Shown here: positions 17,901 through 26,029 of the stretch, in pieces | Layout of the letters: the number at the start of each line of letters is the position of its first letter | How positions within the stretch are numbered: the first letter of the stretch is position 1 | Source: Poseidonia sp. | Lineage (GTDB): Archaea > Thermoplasmatota > Poseidoniia > Poseidoniales > Poseidoniaceae | DNA length: 64,000 nt | Assembly: GCA_965661285.1 (NCBI GenBank) | Contig: CBFIDD010000001.1 | Location: 511,395-575,394 of the forward strand | Direction: 5' to 3' | Translations under genes and position numbers: made by a program | The notes under the pieces: generated by a model | Seen by the model: only the letters and a program-made list of their open reading frames with translations | Databases searched by the model: none | What the model was told of the DNA's origin: nothing

Positions 17901-20230
17901 CGTCAAACGGCACGCTTGAGATTCGTACCGTTCTCGGAAACACCCTCCTGAACATGACCCAACTCAACCTCCCTTCCGGAGATGCAGAGGGGAGCCGAAC
18001 CACGGTGAACGCGACCGTGGTGCCGCCGACGGATGGCTTGCTCGATTTACGTGTCCGATACACGAACGCAAGCCCGGAGAGAAACTATGGCAACAATCTC
18101 CTTTCGTTCTCTGTGGACGTCAATGCCCCACCGGAAATTCTTGACGTGTATTGCAGTGCTTCGGCGCTTTCTCGAGGCGAGTACACCATCTGTTCGGTGG
18201 AGGTGAGCGATGATAAGGGCGTCACGAACGTGACCCTCGACTGGCAAATTCTCGGGCAAAACGAGAGCGTGAACACGTCCCGGTGGTCCACGCTGTACAT
18301 GGGGTCGGTAAGCCCCACGCTCTGGGAGACTTCCCTGGTGATCCCGACCGACGCAATGCTCGGGTCGGTCGCGCTGCAAGCCTTCGCCCGAGACGCCAGC
18401 AACATGACGCACATCTTCCTCGTGGAGAACGCCACGCGTGTGGTTGACGCACCGCGAACGTGGTACGGCATCCACGTATCAGGGGTGGACCCGCCCAGTT
18501 GGAACAACGCCTCAATGTTGCCCAACCGTCCTTCCGTTGGCCTGTACCGACACAAAACACATGCCCTGACCGCTTGTGTCATGGACGCCGATTACGAAGC
18601 CAACACGCCTGCTCCGTTCTTTTTAACCTCAAGAGGCACTGTTGGAAACGCCATCCTTCTTCCACAAACTGCGGCTCATCTCTACTGCTATGAAACGTCA
18701 ATTACCCTCGAAACCGGAAGCGGATTGGACGACGTGGACATTGAACTGCGCGACGCAGCTGGGTCACTGCTGCTCCAAAGAACCGTCTGTGTGGCCGATA
18801 AGGCCCCAGAGGTGATCGTCTCCGTGGAGTCTGTCTCGGGACAACCGCTTGACCGGGTTGTGGGCGATGGTGATGAATTTGTGCGTATTACGGTGGAGGA
18901 TGTTGACGACCCGCATACACCCTTTGTGGGTGATCTCACCATCCAATGGCCGGGAGGCGAGCCCATTCAGTTGCCCCTCGACATCGCCGGGTCGGAGAAT
19001 TCGACCGTCATCCAACTTGACCAGGTGTTGATTCCGCTCGAGGCGGGGGAACTGACCTTGAGCACCACGGGCCGCGGCCAACACGGGGCGACAGCCAGCA
19101 CCACGCTCAACCTTCCGTTCCTTCTCACGCCGCCAAAGATTGAGATGTTTGAGGCGTGCGATGAAAACGGCGTGGTCCGCAACATGACCTTCGGTCAAAT
19201 CGCCACGCTGGTGGTGGTCGTCTCGAGCGACCGACCGCTTCAGTCCACAACGGCACAACTGACCCAATCGGGATGGGCCATCAACGCACCGACGATGGAC
19301 GCCCCTGTTTGGGGTGAGGGCGAAGCCCCCGCCTCATGCAGCATGACCGGGGCTGAAACGGATGAATGGACAACGTTGTATCTCCGACTCAAACTGGACA
19401 ACTCGCTTGTGGACGGCCCGGGCAAGGTGATTTTCTCAACGGCAGACCTTGACGGACTTGTCCGGTCTCAATCGCTTGAGTTGATGTTCCAGCACGCCCC
19501 GACCATGCTCGAAAACCTCACGTTCTCTGAGGCCACTCCGGGCCTTGACCTCTACACCAACCTCACCGTGACTGATTTGGACGGATTGGACCGCGTGGTC
19601 TGTGCGTTCAACCTCTACGATGCCGGCGATGCCTTGCTGACGACATTTGTAACCCAGGCTGGCCCTGAGGGTGTCTTCACGAACGCATTGTCGTACCGTT
19701 ATCCATTGACGGCCGGCCTGGCCAACATGACGTTGGAAGCGAACATCACCTGCCTGGATAGTTTGCAGCAGTCGTTTTTCCTCAACGCCACGGTTGAAAT
19801 CGGTGAGGCCCCCCAGTGCATCGATTGCAGCGCAACGGAAAATACAACGTCGCTACCGACGACCGAAGGGAGCGCATCAGACCTCACCTTCGTGCTGCCC
19901 TTGGCTCTGCTCGCCTCCATTCTTGCCCTAACAGGTTGGTTTGTGAGGCGACGGGGAGGCGTGCATGAGGATGCGGTTTGGAGCATGGGCGAAACCGAAC
20001 CGATCGTCAACACCGAGATGTTGTTTGACAGCATGGAAACCGAAGGGCTGTTGGAAGCGACCGTTGAGGACGAACGTCCCGATATCGTACCCGAAGGTTG
20101 GTCCGTTGAGGATTTCAAGCGTTGGTTGGACGGCCCGGTTCCGGACGGTTGGTCGGAGGAACAGTGGGTTCAGTACGTCAAGGCGTCAACCTCGGCCTTG
20201 GAAACGCACGCATCCAAAGCGGAAGGGTGA
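14936..20230 (+). CDS. giant (1764 aa) secreted, C-terminally membrane-anchored surface protein with PA14 and LamG/concanavalin-like lectin domains
   Basis: Signal peptide MSTKATSLAFVGLLLLSLFPYTPF. Unassigned ~350-aa N-domain. PA14-like block (GIYGEYFDNDGVSF...GNWTFFINSDDGSELWVNGESLA...GLHEFRIEFFQGGGPHGLIFSWQGP). LamG-like block (HHWAFEDGSGTTALDNG...LSFQHM...WTHLVTVFDDGDIRQYMDGVLV...GMIDEVMVWDVAL). Long Ig/beta-sandwich-like tail region, C-terminal TM (LTFVLPLALLASILALTGWFV) plus a ~108-aa cytoplasmic tail with GWSxE(D/E)...W repeats. Confidence 0.85.
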   Translation: MSTKATSLAFVGLLLLSLFPYTPFDNTEEVFRQPALGDALFSGFTVGGADDVWNQTPWQSIAVPEGFSYESVIDYSDVGVLINNLSEESRTIGWAFVAARNISLDRVFLFNASGTPTGETINRNQFTTYFATPFLDMLQNRTTVNGLNYLVTTKGMPLRVSGGNNKASFDQEFSLLGGAYNNSIGGDYWVTHGYGPLAGKAMEPFTRSKYGFFLVTRLTGYTVDTALGLIERANQSLGQRGTFVLDLATNRNNSGYKFWNDDLYTANTTLSQGLGLPVQFDEETEFLTNISNVMGYASWGSNDGNWNKNYLPNSGFDTLDTSWQSGSRYWTHTSPTVSPEDAFNWSYQTDVKQGGNGAFEASLRTDCDQDGGKGMQGIYGEYFDNDGVSFSASTMPSLIDRSPDRVQVEPHLNHGSSNNAYPGLDDRFKTHWGARWSGLIDVPETGNWTFFINSDDGSELWVNGESLATNYGMHGMRERSGSLNLTEGLHEFRIEFFQGGGPHGLIFSWQGPNTSKAAVPPSAFYVASHGVPESSRLVHHWAFEDGSGTTALDNGTDAANMTLTGMDNSNWRACADGSCLWYDGTNDMAKVNVDDWYGNMTVSQWVWANTSAQSTYASTFAVDDQAGSNLSFQHMISSNKWRLHNNQTRVFGDVVAQRWTHLVTVFDDGDIRQYMDGVLVNNGVYPNGSFNNIDLYKLGVNRAGNAYFEGMIDEVMVWDVALDDDDITTLRRTIIDNCTSYSGAGNNVASLETTFAVPSHLMDHAWNIYVYGKRDGEVNGAFRLHVDGVDTNGTVLSTNTSSVKTFTTSWATQTMRMRPHASATELTINVQLDIESTSTVGSLYVDSVILRAIRPHMDWVNGSIADTAVSTGGRSFNWGTSYGQSLIADLLEDGVSGVKGYVYEPYLTAVGLPSTFLPTYASGYNLAESHAAANLYTGWMGVVVGDPKMAPYIDVVHDVNLLGVRSVGDVNQGETTTIEVAVENLGMAASNGTLEIRTVLGNTLLNMTQLNLPSGDAEGSRTTVNATVVPPTDGLLDLRVRYTNASPERNYGNNLLSFSVDVNAPPEILDVYCSASALSRGEYTICSVEVSDDKGVTNVTLDWQILGQNESVNTSRWSTLYMGSVSPTLWETSLVIPTDAMLGSVALQAFARDASNMTHIFLVENATRVVDAPRTWYGIHVSGVDPPSWNNASMLPNRPSVGLYRHKTHALTACVMDADYEANTPAPFFLTSRGTVGNAILLPQTAAHLYCYETSITLETGSGLDDVDIELRDAAGSLLLQRTVCVADKAPEVIVSVESVSGQPLDRVVGDGDEFVRITVEDVDDPHTPFVGDLTIQWPGGEPIQLPLDIAGSENSTVIQLDQVLIPLEAGELTLSTTGRGQHGATASTTLNLPFLLTPPKIEMFEACDENGVVRNMTFGQIATLVVVVSSDRPLQSTTAQLTQSGWAINAPTMDAPVWGEGEAPASCSMTGAETDEWTTLYLRLKLDNSLVDGPGKVIFSTADLDGLVRSQSLELMFQHAPTMLENLTFSEATPGLDLYTNLTVTDLDGLDRVVCAFNLYDAGDALLTTFVTQAGPEGVFTNALSYRYPLTAGLANMTLEANITCLDSLQQSFFLNATVEIGEAPQCIDCSATENTTSLPTTEGSASDLTFVLPLALLASILALTGWFVRRRGGVHEDAVWSMGETEPIVNTEMLFDSMETEGLLEATVEDERPDIVPEGWSVEDFKRWLDGPVPDGWSEEQWVQYVKASTSALETHASKAEG

Positions 20231-20263
20231 TGTGCTAGCACCGCCTGTGGGCGACTGAGCAAG

Positions 20264-20500
20264 ATGGCGATTGGATACGTTCTCATCAATGTGCAACCGG
20301 GTATGGAACAACGCGTGTACGAGGGGGTCAAAGCGCTCCCGCACGTAACCGATGCTACCGTGTTGTTTGGCGACCACGATCTCATTGTCAAGTTGGAAGC
20401 CGATGATTTGGCTACCATCGCAAAAGCCGTCGTGGAACATATTCGTTCTGTGGATGGCGTGGTCAACACCAAAACCCTCGCGGGCGCAGATCTCGATTAA
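20264..20500 (+). CDS. stand-alone Lrp/AsnC-type RAM (ligand-binding) domain protein
   Basis: 78 aa: MAIGYVLINVQPGMEQRVYEGVKALPHVTDATVLFGDHDLIVKLEADDL...SVDGVVNTKTL, the typical AsnC C-terminal domain pattern without an HTH. Confidence 0.7.
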   Translation: MAIGYVLINVQPGMEQRVYEGVKALPHVTDATVLFGDHDLIVKLEADDLATIAKAVVEHIRSVDGVVNTKTLAGADLD

Positions 20501-20590
20501 GCCTGTCAAAACCGGGCCACTGAGTAGATATCCGTTCAAAATACGCTCTCGGAATGGGGTACTGAGCGGCATATGTGGCGCAGTAATGCC

Positions 20591-20642
20591 TTTTTTCGGG
20601 GAAATCATTATATGCTCAACGGTACAAGGCGTACTCGGAGGT
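20591..20642 (+). promoter_or_regulatory. putative archaeal promoter (TATA-like tcattatatg) and GGAGG ribosome-binding site upstream of the MC1 gene
   Basis: AT-rich box ttttttcggggaaatcattatatgctc at ~20591-20617 and ggaggt at 20636-20641, 8 nt before ATG 20649. Confidence 0.4.
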
Positions 20643-20648
20643 AATCCA

Positions 20649-20915
20649 ATGTCAGACGGAAAGAAATACTTCGTTCTCATGGAGAACGGAAAAGACACGA
20701 GCCAGGTATTTGCGAGCAAACAACCCCGCGGTGCAGCCTTGAAGGCCGCAACCCGCGGACATGAGACCATCCGCCTACGAGAACGTGGCACCAAGCGTGT
20801 CCACGTCTTCAAGGGCAGCATCACGATGGTCCCAAAGCCTGCTGGCGGACCTGACTGGCTGCCAGATATGATCAAGAAGGCCAACGTCAAGAAGCAAGGC
20901 ATCGAGCACCTTTGA
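20649..20915 (+). CDS. archaeal chromatin protein MC1
   Basis: 88 aa. MSDGKKYFVLMENGKDTSQVFASKQPRGAALKAATRGHETIRLRERGTKRVHVFKGSITMVPKPAGGPDWLPDMIKKANVKK is colinear with MC1 of Methanosarcinales/Halobacteria (KQPRQAALKAA..., IRLRERGTKKVHVF..., P..RPDWMP). ATG verified. The overlapping 338-aa antisense ORF is rejected. Confidence 0.8.
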   Translation: MSDGKKYFVLMENGKDTSQVFASKQPRGAALKAATRGHETIRLRERGTKRVHVFKGSITMVPKPAGGPDWLPDMIKKANVKKQGIEHL

Positions 20916-21111
20916 GTGCAGCCTGCTGCTGACCCTTCTTCCAGCTCTCTGAGTTGTACAACGGCCTCTCCCGTGCCAAGGCATGGAAAAGGCCCCACCC
21001 CTTTCTTCACCCACCTCGTTAACGATGAGTTCATAAACACGGCCACACACTTCCAACCGTCCTCCGGGACATGGGATGCACACCCGCTTCGGCGGGGGGC
21101 GGTGACGCCGA

Positions 21112-22197
21112 ATGAACAGACGAGAGATGCGAACGCCACAACCAAAGGCGCGTAAGCCAAGTCAAATGCGGCTGGCTGAAGAGAAACTCTCACTTCCTGC
21201 ACGACTCACCCATCTTCGCCATCTTCCTTGGTTGTCATGCTATCAACGTCAACTCCAAACCGAAAACAAATCGGAAAACACACAAAAATCCTACTTTTAC
21301 GGCCTGCGCCCGCTGATCGAGACCGTGCTGCCAGGCGAAGATGTGTTGAGTGAAGAGGCCTACAAACAACTGTCCATCGAAGCCCTCGCCGAACGCATGG
21401 AGCCGATGAAGGGACGATTGGACCTCTGGGCGCACAGCATCGCTGGCCTTCGGCCGACGACCTACAATGCTCGTCTGGCTGCGGCGCGACACCTCATCAA
21501 GTGGCTTGGTTTGCTCTGGCCCGACCATTTACAGCGCGCTCGTACTGGAAAACGACTCCCTCGCACCCTAACCCGAAGAGAATTGACGACCGTGCTGGAG
21601 ACCGCCGACGTGAGCGAGAATCCGGCTGCTTCCCTCGTGGTCACCATGATGCTTGACACCGGTTTGCGGGTGAGCGAAGTGTGCGAGTTGAACATCGAAG
21701 ACATTGATTTTGACGATGGTTCTGCGCGCGTTCTTGGCGGCAAAGGTGACAAAGACCGTTTGGTCTTGTTTACCGCACGAACCTTGGCTCGCTTGCAAGC
21801 ATGGATGCCGATACGCACACGATTGGCGCCAGCGGAGGAACAAGCCTGTTTTGTCAATCGTCACGGTCGACGGTTGCAACCCCGAGGGGTGCAACGCATG
21901 ATGGATGCACTCGGCCAAGAAGCGGGTTTGCCCAAAGGAAAACTCACACCGCACGTGCTGCGCCACAATTTCGCCACCGGCTTGTTGGAGCGAGGGGCCG
22001 ACTTGGTCACGATTCAACGGCTGATGGGGCACGCCACCATTGCCACCACTCGCGTCTATCTCGAAATCTCTGACCAAACCCTCCGTGAGGTCTACCATCG
22101 GGCGCAATCCATGCGTGAAGACATGGACGATTCGCCCATTGAAACCATCCCCGTCGAAGAGACCACCCCGTCAACGAGCACCCACGGCGTGGTGTGA
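21112..22197 (+). CDS. tyrosine recombinase (XerA/XerC/D-like integrase)
   Basis: Core-binding N-domain, then catalytic motifs: R (...GLRVSEVCEL), K (GGKGDKDR), HxxR (HVLRHNFAT), R and the nucleophilic Tyr (...ATTRVYLEIS). Confidence 0.75.
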   Translation: MNRREMRTPQPKARKPSQMRLAEEKLSLPARLTHLRHLPWLSCYQRQLQTENKSENTQKSYFYGLRPLIETVLPGEDVLSEEAYKQLSIEALAERMEPMKGRLDLWAHSIAGLRPTTYNARLAAARHLIKWLGLLWPDHLQRARTGKRLPRTLTRRELTTVLETADVSENPAASLVVTMMLDTGLRVSEVCELNIEDIDFDDGSARVLGGKGDKDRLVLFTARTLARLQAWMPIRTRLAPAEEQACFVNRHGRRLQPRGVQRMMDALGQEAGLPKGKLTPHVLRHNFATGLLERGADLVTIQRLMGHATIATTRVYLEISDQTLREVYHRAQSMREDMDDSPIETIPVEETTPSTSTHGVV

Positions 22198-22422
22198 TCA
22201 GGTGTTGGATTTCTTTCGTTTTGACACCTGTTCTGGCCCCGTCCACGCCCGATGGGGATGGACCTTGTTACCTTGATGGTCCTCAATGGGGCAGTGCTTG
22301 CCGGAGCGGCAACGGGAACAGTTTCCTTTCGGTGGTCTTTCGACCGTTTTGCGAAGGCGTCCATATTTCCGCCTTGGCATGAACCGTGTTTGAAACGACG
22401 GTCTTCAAAGATAGCGCTGGTT

Positions 22423-22926
22423 TCATCCTTTTTTGAACCAAGGCATGTCCTTGACGGACTTGGGGACCTTGATGGTGGTGCCTTTTCGGTCTTTGTCCTT
22501 GGACGTTTTGAGACTGGTGCCTGCCGACTTGGTTTTCTCGACGATTTTTTCTGCCACCTTCTGACCCTTTACGACGGCCTTTTTCGTGGCTTCTTTGGAT
22601 GCTTTGCTGGCTTTCGCCGAGGCTTTGGATGCCTTCTCGCTCGCCTTTTTCGAAGCGGCTTTGGCTTTTGAGGTGGCTTTTTTGGCTGATTCTGAGGCAT
22701 TCTTTGTTGCCTTTTTTGCGGTGGTTTTCGTGGCACTTGCCGCCTTGGCAGCTGCGTGAACTTTCTTGGCAACAGCGAGCGATAAGCCGGCCTTTTTCAG
22801 GTCGCCGACGCTGGCTTTCGCAATGGTTGCCACGGTCGCTAATTTTGCCGCTTGCAATTTCTTTGCCGTAGCCGCACCGACTCCGGGAAGCGATGTGAGG
22901 CCCGAATCCTTCTGTTTACCTGCCAT
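22423..22926 (-). CDS. strongly basic Lys/Ala/Ser/Thr-rich protein with N-terminal helix-hairpin-helix motif (histone H1-like / nucleoid-associated candidate)
   Basis: 167 aa. LTSLPGVGAATAKKLQAAKLATVATIAKAS is an HhH pattern (LPGIG-type). It is followed by ~110 aa of AKKA/ASKKAS/KASKA repeats, roughly a third Lys. ATG at 22926 verified. Confidence 0.7.
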   Translation of the reverse strand: MAGKQKDSGLTSLPGVGAATAKKLQAAKLATVATIAKASVGDLKKAGLSLAVAKKVHAAAKAASATKTTAKKATKNASESAKKATSKAKAASKKASEKASKASAKASKASKEATKKAVVKGQKVAEKIVEKTKSAGTSLKTSKDKDRKGTTIKVPKSVKDMPWFKKG

Positions 22927-23033
22927 GGTTTCACCGGTTGGAGAATAAAAGTGACCTAACTTGAACCTTCCCTTATCAGAACGATGGTGCCTCTGGCGGT
23001 TGTTTCTTGTGCGACGATGCCATAGGGTTCACG

Positions 23034-23921
23034 ATGGAGGACCTTCTTGACGCTGCCGTTTCGGTGCTGGTCGCCCAGGTGCGTCAAGCCGACGCTTCGC
23101 ACAAGATTGACACGGCCCATCAACTGCTTCGTGGACGCCACTTCAACGGGCCCAGCAAGGTGGTCTACCTCGGCGATGTCGCCAAAGCCCTTCTCGCACA
23201 ATTGGACCACCCCGAGACGCCGGTGTTTACCGAAGCGCCTGGATACAACGAGCAGCGGTGGGTGCTACGAACGACGAGCGGGGACCTCAGCGTGAGCATC
23301 GCTTCTCGCCCTTATTGGGGATGGGGGTTGCTCACCACGGGGTATCTCAACATGATTCGATTGGAGGGGCCTGTTTCAGCGCGTGCACGGCTGGTGCTTG
23401 ACGTCGTCAGTTCGCTGGGTCAATCGCCATGGGAGATGGCATACCAGCGTTCGGCGCAGCGGTGGCTCAACCGGCACCAAAAAGGAAGGCCATTGAAAGA
23501 GAACGAGCGGCAATGGCGGGCTCTCTTTCGGCGAGGACGAGACGACTTAAACGAGTTGATTGAAGCGATGAAGTTGAGGTGCACGGATGTCCTTGAACGG
23601 CACGGGGAAGACATCGACCATGCAACGTGGCAGGGGCTCATCGACGAAGACCTGCACATGGCTCAACGCGCCCTTGGCGAAGACAACGCTCCCGGTGTTG
23701 AGCGGGCCTTGGCCAGACTCGAGGCAAGTCTCATTCAGTTGAACAATGCGGCAGACGATGATGTGGCCACGGCCCCGAAAACCGTGGTCTCCGATGGCTC
23801 AGACGTGATGCAGCCAGCCGTTGACGAGGAAGCCCCATCGTTTATCATCAACGCGGCAAACGAGGCGGACGACATTCCCTTTGTTGACATGGTCAGCATG
23901 ACGGGCGCTGAAGAAGAATGA
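23034..23921 (+). CDS. hypothetical acidic cytoplasmic protein
   Basis: ATG at 23034 (MEDLLDAAV; ORF track's 23007 start is TTG). Helical, acidic C-terminus; no family recognised. Confidence 0.45.
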   Translation: MEDLLDAAVSVLVAQVRQADASHKIDTAHQLLRGRHFNGPSKVVYLGDVAKALLAQLDHPETPVFTEAPGYNEQRWVLRTTSGDLSVSIASRPYWGWGLLTTGYLNMIRLEGPVSARARLVLDVVSSLGQSPWEMAYQRSAQRWLNRHQKGRPLKENERQWRALFRRGRDDLNELIEAMKLRCTDVLERHGEDIDHATWQGLIDEDLHMAQRALGEDNAPGVERALARLEASLIQLNNAADDDVATAPKTVVSDGSDVMQPAVDEEAPSFIINAANEADDIPFVDMVSMTGAEEE

Positions 23922-23971
23922 ACCGCGCGTCGCGTTCATAAGGGGGAGGGCGCTGGCCAAGACCGGTCCAC

Positions 23972-24163
23972 ATGGCAACGAAGAAGAAAAACGACGGCAG
24001 CGGCATTCAGCAAGCTGCAGGTTTGATTCGCTATTTCGATGAGGAATCCGAGGAATCTTGGAAGATCACGCCTGCGCAAGTCTACCTTGCCTGCATCCTT
24101 TTGGGTGGTTTCTTTTACCTCGTGAACCAAGGTGTGGTTCAAGCGATTTGGAACCTCTTCTGA
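23972..24163 (+). CDS. secG: preprotein translocase subunit Sec61-beta (SecG)
   Basis: 63 aa. MATKKKNDGSGIQQAAGLIRYFDEE...KITPAQVYLACILLGGFFYLV matches the archaeal Sec61beta pattern (basic N-term, GLxRYF(D/E)EE, single C-terminal TM). Confidence 0.7.
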   Translation: MATKKKNDGSGIQQAAGLIRYFDEESEESWKITPAQVYLACILLGGFFYLVNQGVVQAIWNLF

Positions 24164-24165
24164 AC

Positions 24166-24522
24166 TCAGAGCGCCTGAATCAACACCACTCGCTGGTCGT
24201 TTTCAGCCATGCAGCGAGCCACTTCCAACGCCGTTGAGAAATCCTCGGTGACGCCCAGCACTTCTTCCCCCTCGCTTGTTTGAAGCACCAAGCGATGGGT
24301 CAATTCGTGAAGCGTTGAGGCTTCGATACGCTCAAAAATCCAATGTTCATTCTCAATTCGAACCAAGGCAGGGACTTCGGTCATGGGGCCCATTTGTTGA
24401 CCCACACGTTCGGCCCGCGAGGTCAGTGATGCCAAGTCTCGCACCGGGCGCCACAAGCGTTGTCGCAACGGCATTCTCAATTTTCGATGTGGTTCAACGC
24501 CTGCGCGGAAAGCTCGTGCCAT
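24166..24522 (-). CDS. hypothetical small protein
   Basis: 118-aa ORF with ATG at 24522, conserved-looking C-terminal ~75 aa; no family recognised. Confidence 0.3.
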   Translation of the reverse strand: MARAFRAGVEPHRKLRMPLRQRLWRPVRDLASLTSRAERVGQQMGPMTEVPALVRIENEHWIFERIEASTLHELTHRLVLQTSEGEEVLGVTEDFSTALEVARCMAENDQRVVLIQAL

Positions 24523-24535
24523 AAGGGTCCCATCC

Positions 24536-24555
24536 CTGAAATCCGAAGATTTCAG
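24536..24555 (-). terminator. perfect 8-bp stem hairpin with UUCG tetraloop on the minus-strand transcript (terminator/stability element candidate)
   Basis: Plus strand ctgaaatc-cgaa-gatttcag; on the minus transcript this is CUGAAAUC-UUCG-GAUUUCAG, a C(UUCG)G-closed tetraloop. It lies 57 nt downstream of the stop of the membrane-protein gene (24612) and ~30 nt upstream of ATG 24522. Confidence 0.3.
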
Positions 24556-24611
24556 TTGCCGCTCCTTCGATTCACACTTAAAGGACGCGACGCCAAGGCG
24601 GCCTCATCGGC

Positions 24612-25958
24612 CTATTTTTGTGCCACGGTGAGGTTTTGACGGCGCAACCACACGGCTCCAAAACCGCTCACCGACGCAACGGCGAGAAGCGCGAATTGCA
24701 ACATATGGCGTGGATTGTTGGACGTGAGAAGAAGAGAAAAGCACACCAACCAAGCCACCATTCCAAGGAGCAGGAACCGTCGTTCACGCAGGGTAGTCCG
24801 GTCCTGCAAGTCGATGGAAACAAGGATGACACTCCCCCCCGCCAACAGAACTGCGGGATAGAGGAGCCATGCAGCATCCGACATCAAGACCCCAAGGGGG
24901 GGACCCAGTAACAATGTGGCCCGAAACCACCAGGCTTCTGGATGGTGGGCTGCATCAAAACCAACGGTGGGAAGCAGCATGGAAAGCGCACCAAAGAACA
25001 GCAACAGGGCCACGCCCTTCCAACCTGCAATGAACGCTTCCGATCCTTCTCCGTAGACGTGAAGGGCGTCGGCCGTCATCCCAGCGACGATCAGCAACAC
25101 CATCGCAACGAAAGAGAAACACCAACCCAAGTTCACCGCTTGAGACGACCCCTGTGTTTTGAGGCTCTCTGCCACCGTGGAGAAGGCGTGCGGGAGGGCG
25201 ACCCATGTGCCGTAGGTTGCGATCATGAGGCCAACGGCGAGCCGCTCATCGCGCAACGGACGGTCCCACCAGATCGAGGTGAACACCTCCGTTTGAAACA
25301 AGCACGCCCAAGCCACAACGCCTGCAACCAGCATCTTGAAAATGGCCCGTTGAAACAAGAGCGATGTCTCGCCACTCGTTGCCAAGTGAGCCGTTGCGGT
25401 GAGAATCTCACCCGACATCATCAAGAGAAGCGTGAAGAGGACGACGAGGAAAAAGGCCGACAAGTTCGCAATGTCTACGGTTGGTCGTTGAGGAAGGGTC
25501 TCAGGCGAGGCATACATGTCCTGCTGAAACAACAACATGAGCAGCATGACGGCCCAAACACCGGCGTGTGTCATCATCCGAGAGCGCACAAAGTCCGAGG
25601 TCTCAGGCGAACAGCCGCGCAGACTCGGAAGATTGGGTGCGAACAGCGCAAACCCAAGGAAAGCGAACAACGCCCCTTCCAATGCACCTTGACCGGTGAA
25701 CAACAGACGTATTTTCTCTGAAATGGAGGCGCCTTGGTCAAGCGTGAGCGCCACCTCGGGGTTGAGCGACGAGAGGCTGAGGATGTCAAACGCCCTCGAA
25801 ACCACCAACCCTGCGACCATGAGCGGTGGCGTCCATCGGTAGAGCCGTAGAACGAAGCGGCGCTCTCGGAGGGCGCCTTCGAGGGAGAATGCAAACGCCC
25901 AGGCAAGACACGACAAGAAGAGAACTGGCAGATACCACGACACCGAGGAGGCCAGCAT
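24612..25958 (-). CDS. polytopic (about 12 TM) membrane protein, hypothetical
   Basis: Continuous hydrophobic helices throughout. ATG at 25958 chosen (ORF track start 26024 is GTG, only 5 nt from the divergent neighbour). Confidence 0.55.
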   Translation of the reverse strand: MLASSVSWYLPVLFLSCLAWAFAFSLEGALRERRFVLRLYRWTPPLMVAGLVVSRAFDILSLSSLNPEVALTLDQGASISEKIRLLFTGQGALEGALFAFLGFALFAPNLPSLRGCSPETSDFVRSRMMTHAGVWAVMLLMLLFQQDMYASPETLPQRPTVDIANLSAFFLVVLFTLLLMMSGEILTATAHLATSGETSLLFQRAIFKMLVAGVVAWACLFQTEVFTSIWWDRPLRDERLAVGLMIATYGTWVALPHAFSTVAESLKTQGSSQAVNLGWCFSFVAMVLLIVAGMTADALHVYGEGSEAFIAGWKGVALLLFFGALSMLLPTVGFDAAHHPEAWWFRATLLLGPPLGVLMSDAAWLLYPAVLLAGGSVILVSIDLQDRTTLRERRFLLLGMVAWLVCFSLLLTSNNPRHMLQFALLAVASVSGFGAVWLRRQNLTVAQK

Positions 25959-26029
25959 GGAGGGTATCACAGCGAGCCACCTTTTGATGATGGCGGAAGA
26001 CCCAAAGACAAGACGCACGAGCACACAGC

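Noticed and set aside
20186-21202. 338-aa minus-strand ORF
   Set aside because: Lies antisense across the MC1 gene, its promoter and the 5' end of the recombinase gene. Low-complexity Ala/Pro/Arg-rich translation typical of antisense frames in GC-rich DNA; no motifs.
22252-22671. 139-aa plus-strand ORF
   Set aside because: Antisense to the Lys/Ala-rich basic protein gene; translation is Phe/Leu/Gly-rich with no features. The minus-strand product has a recognisable HhH motif and coherent repeat structure.
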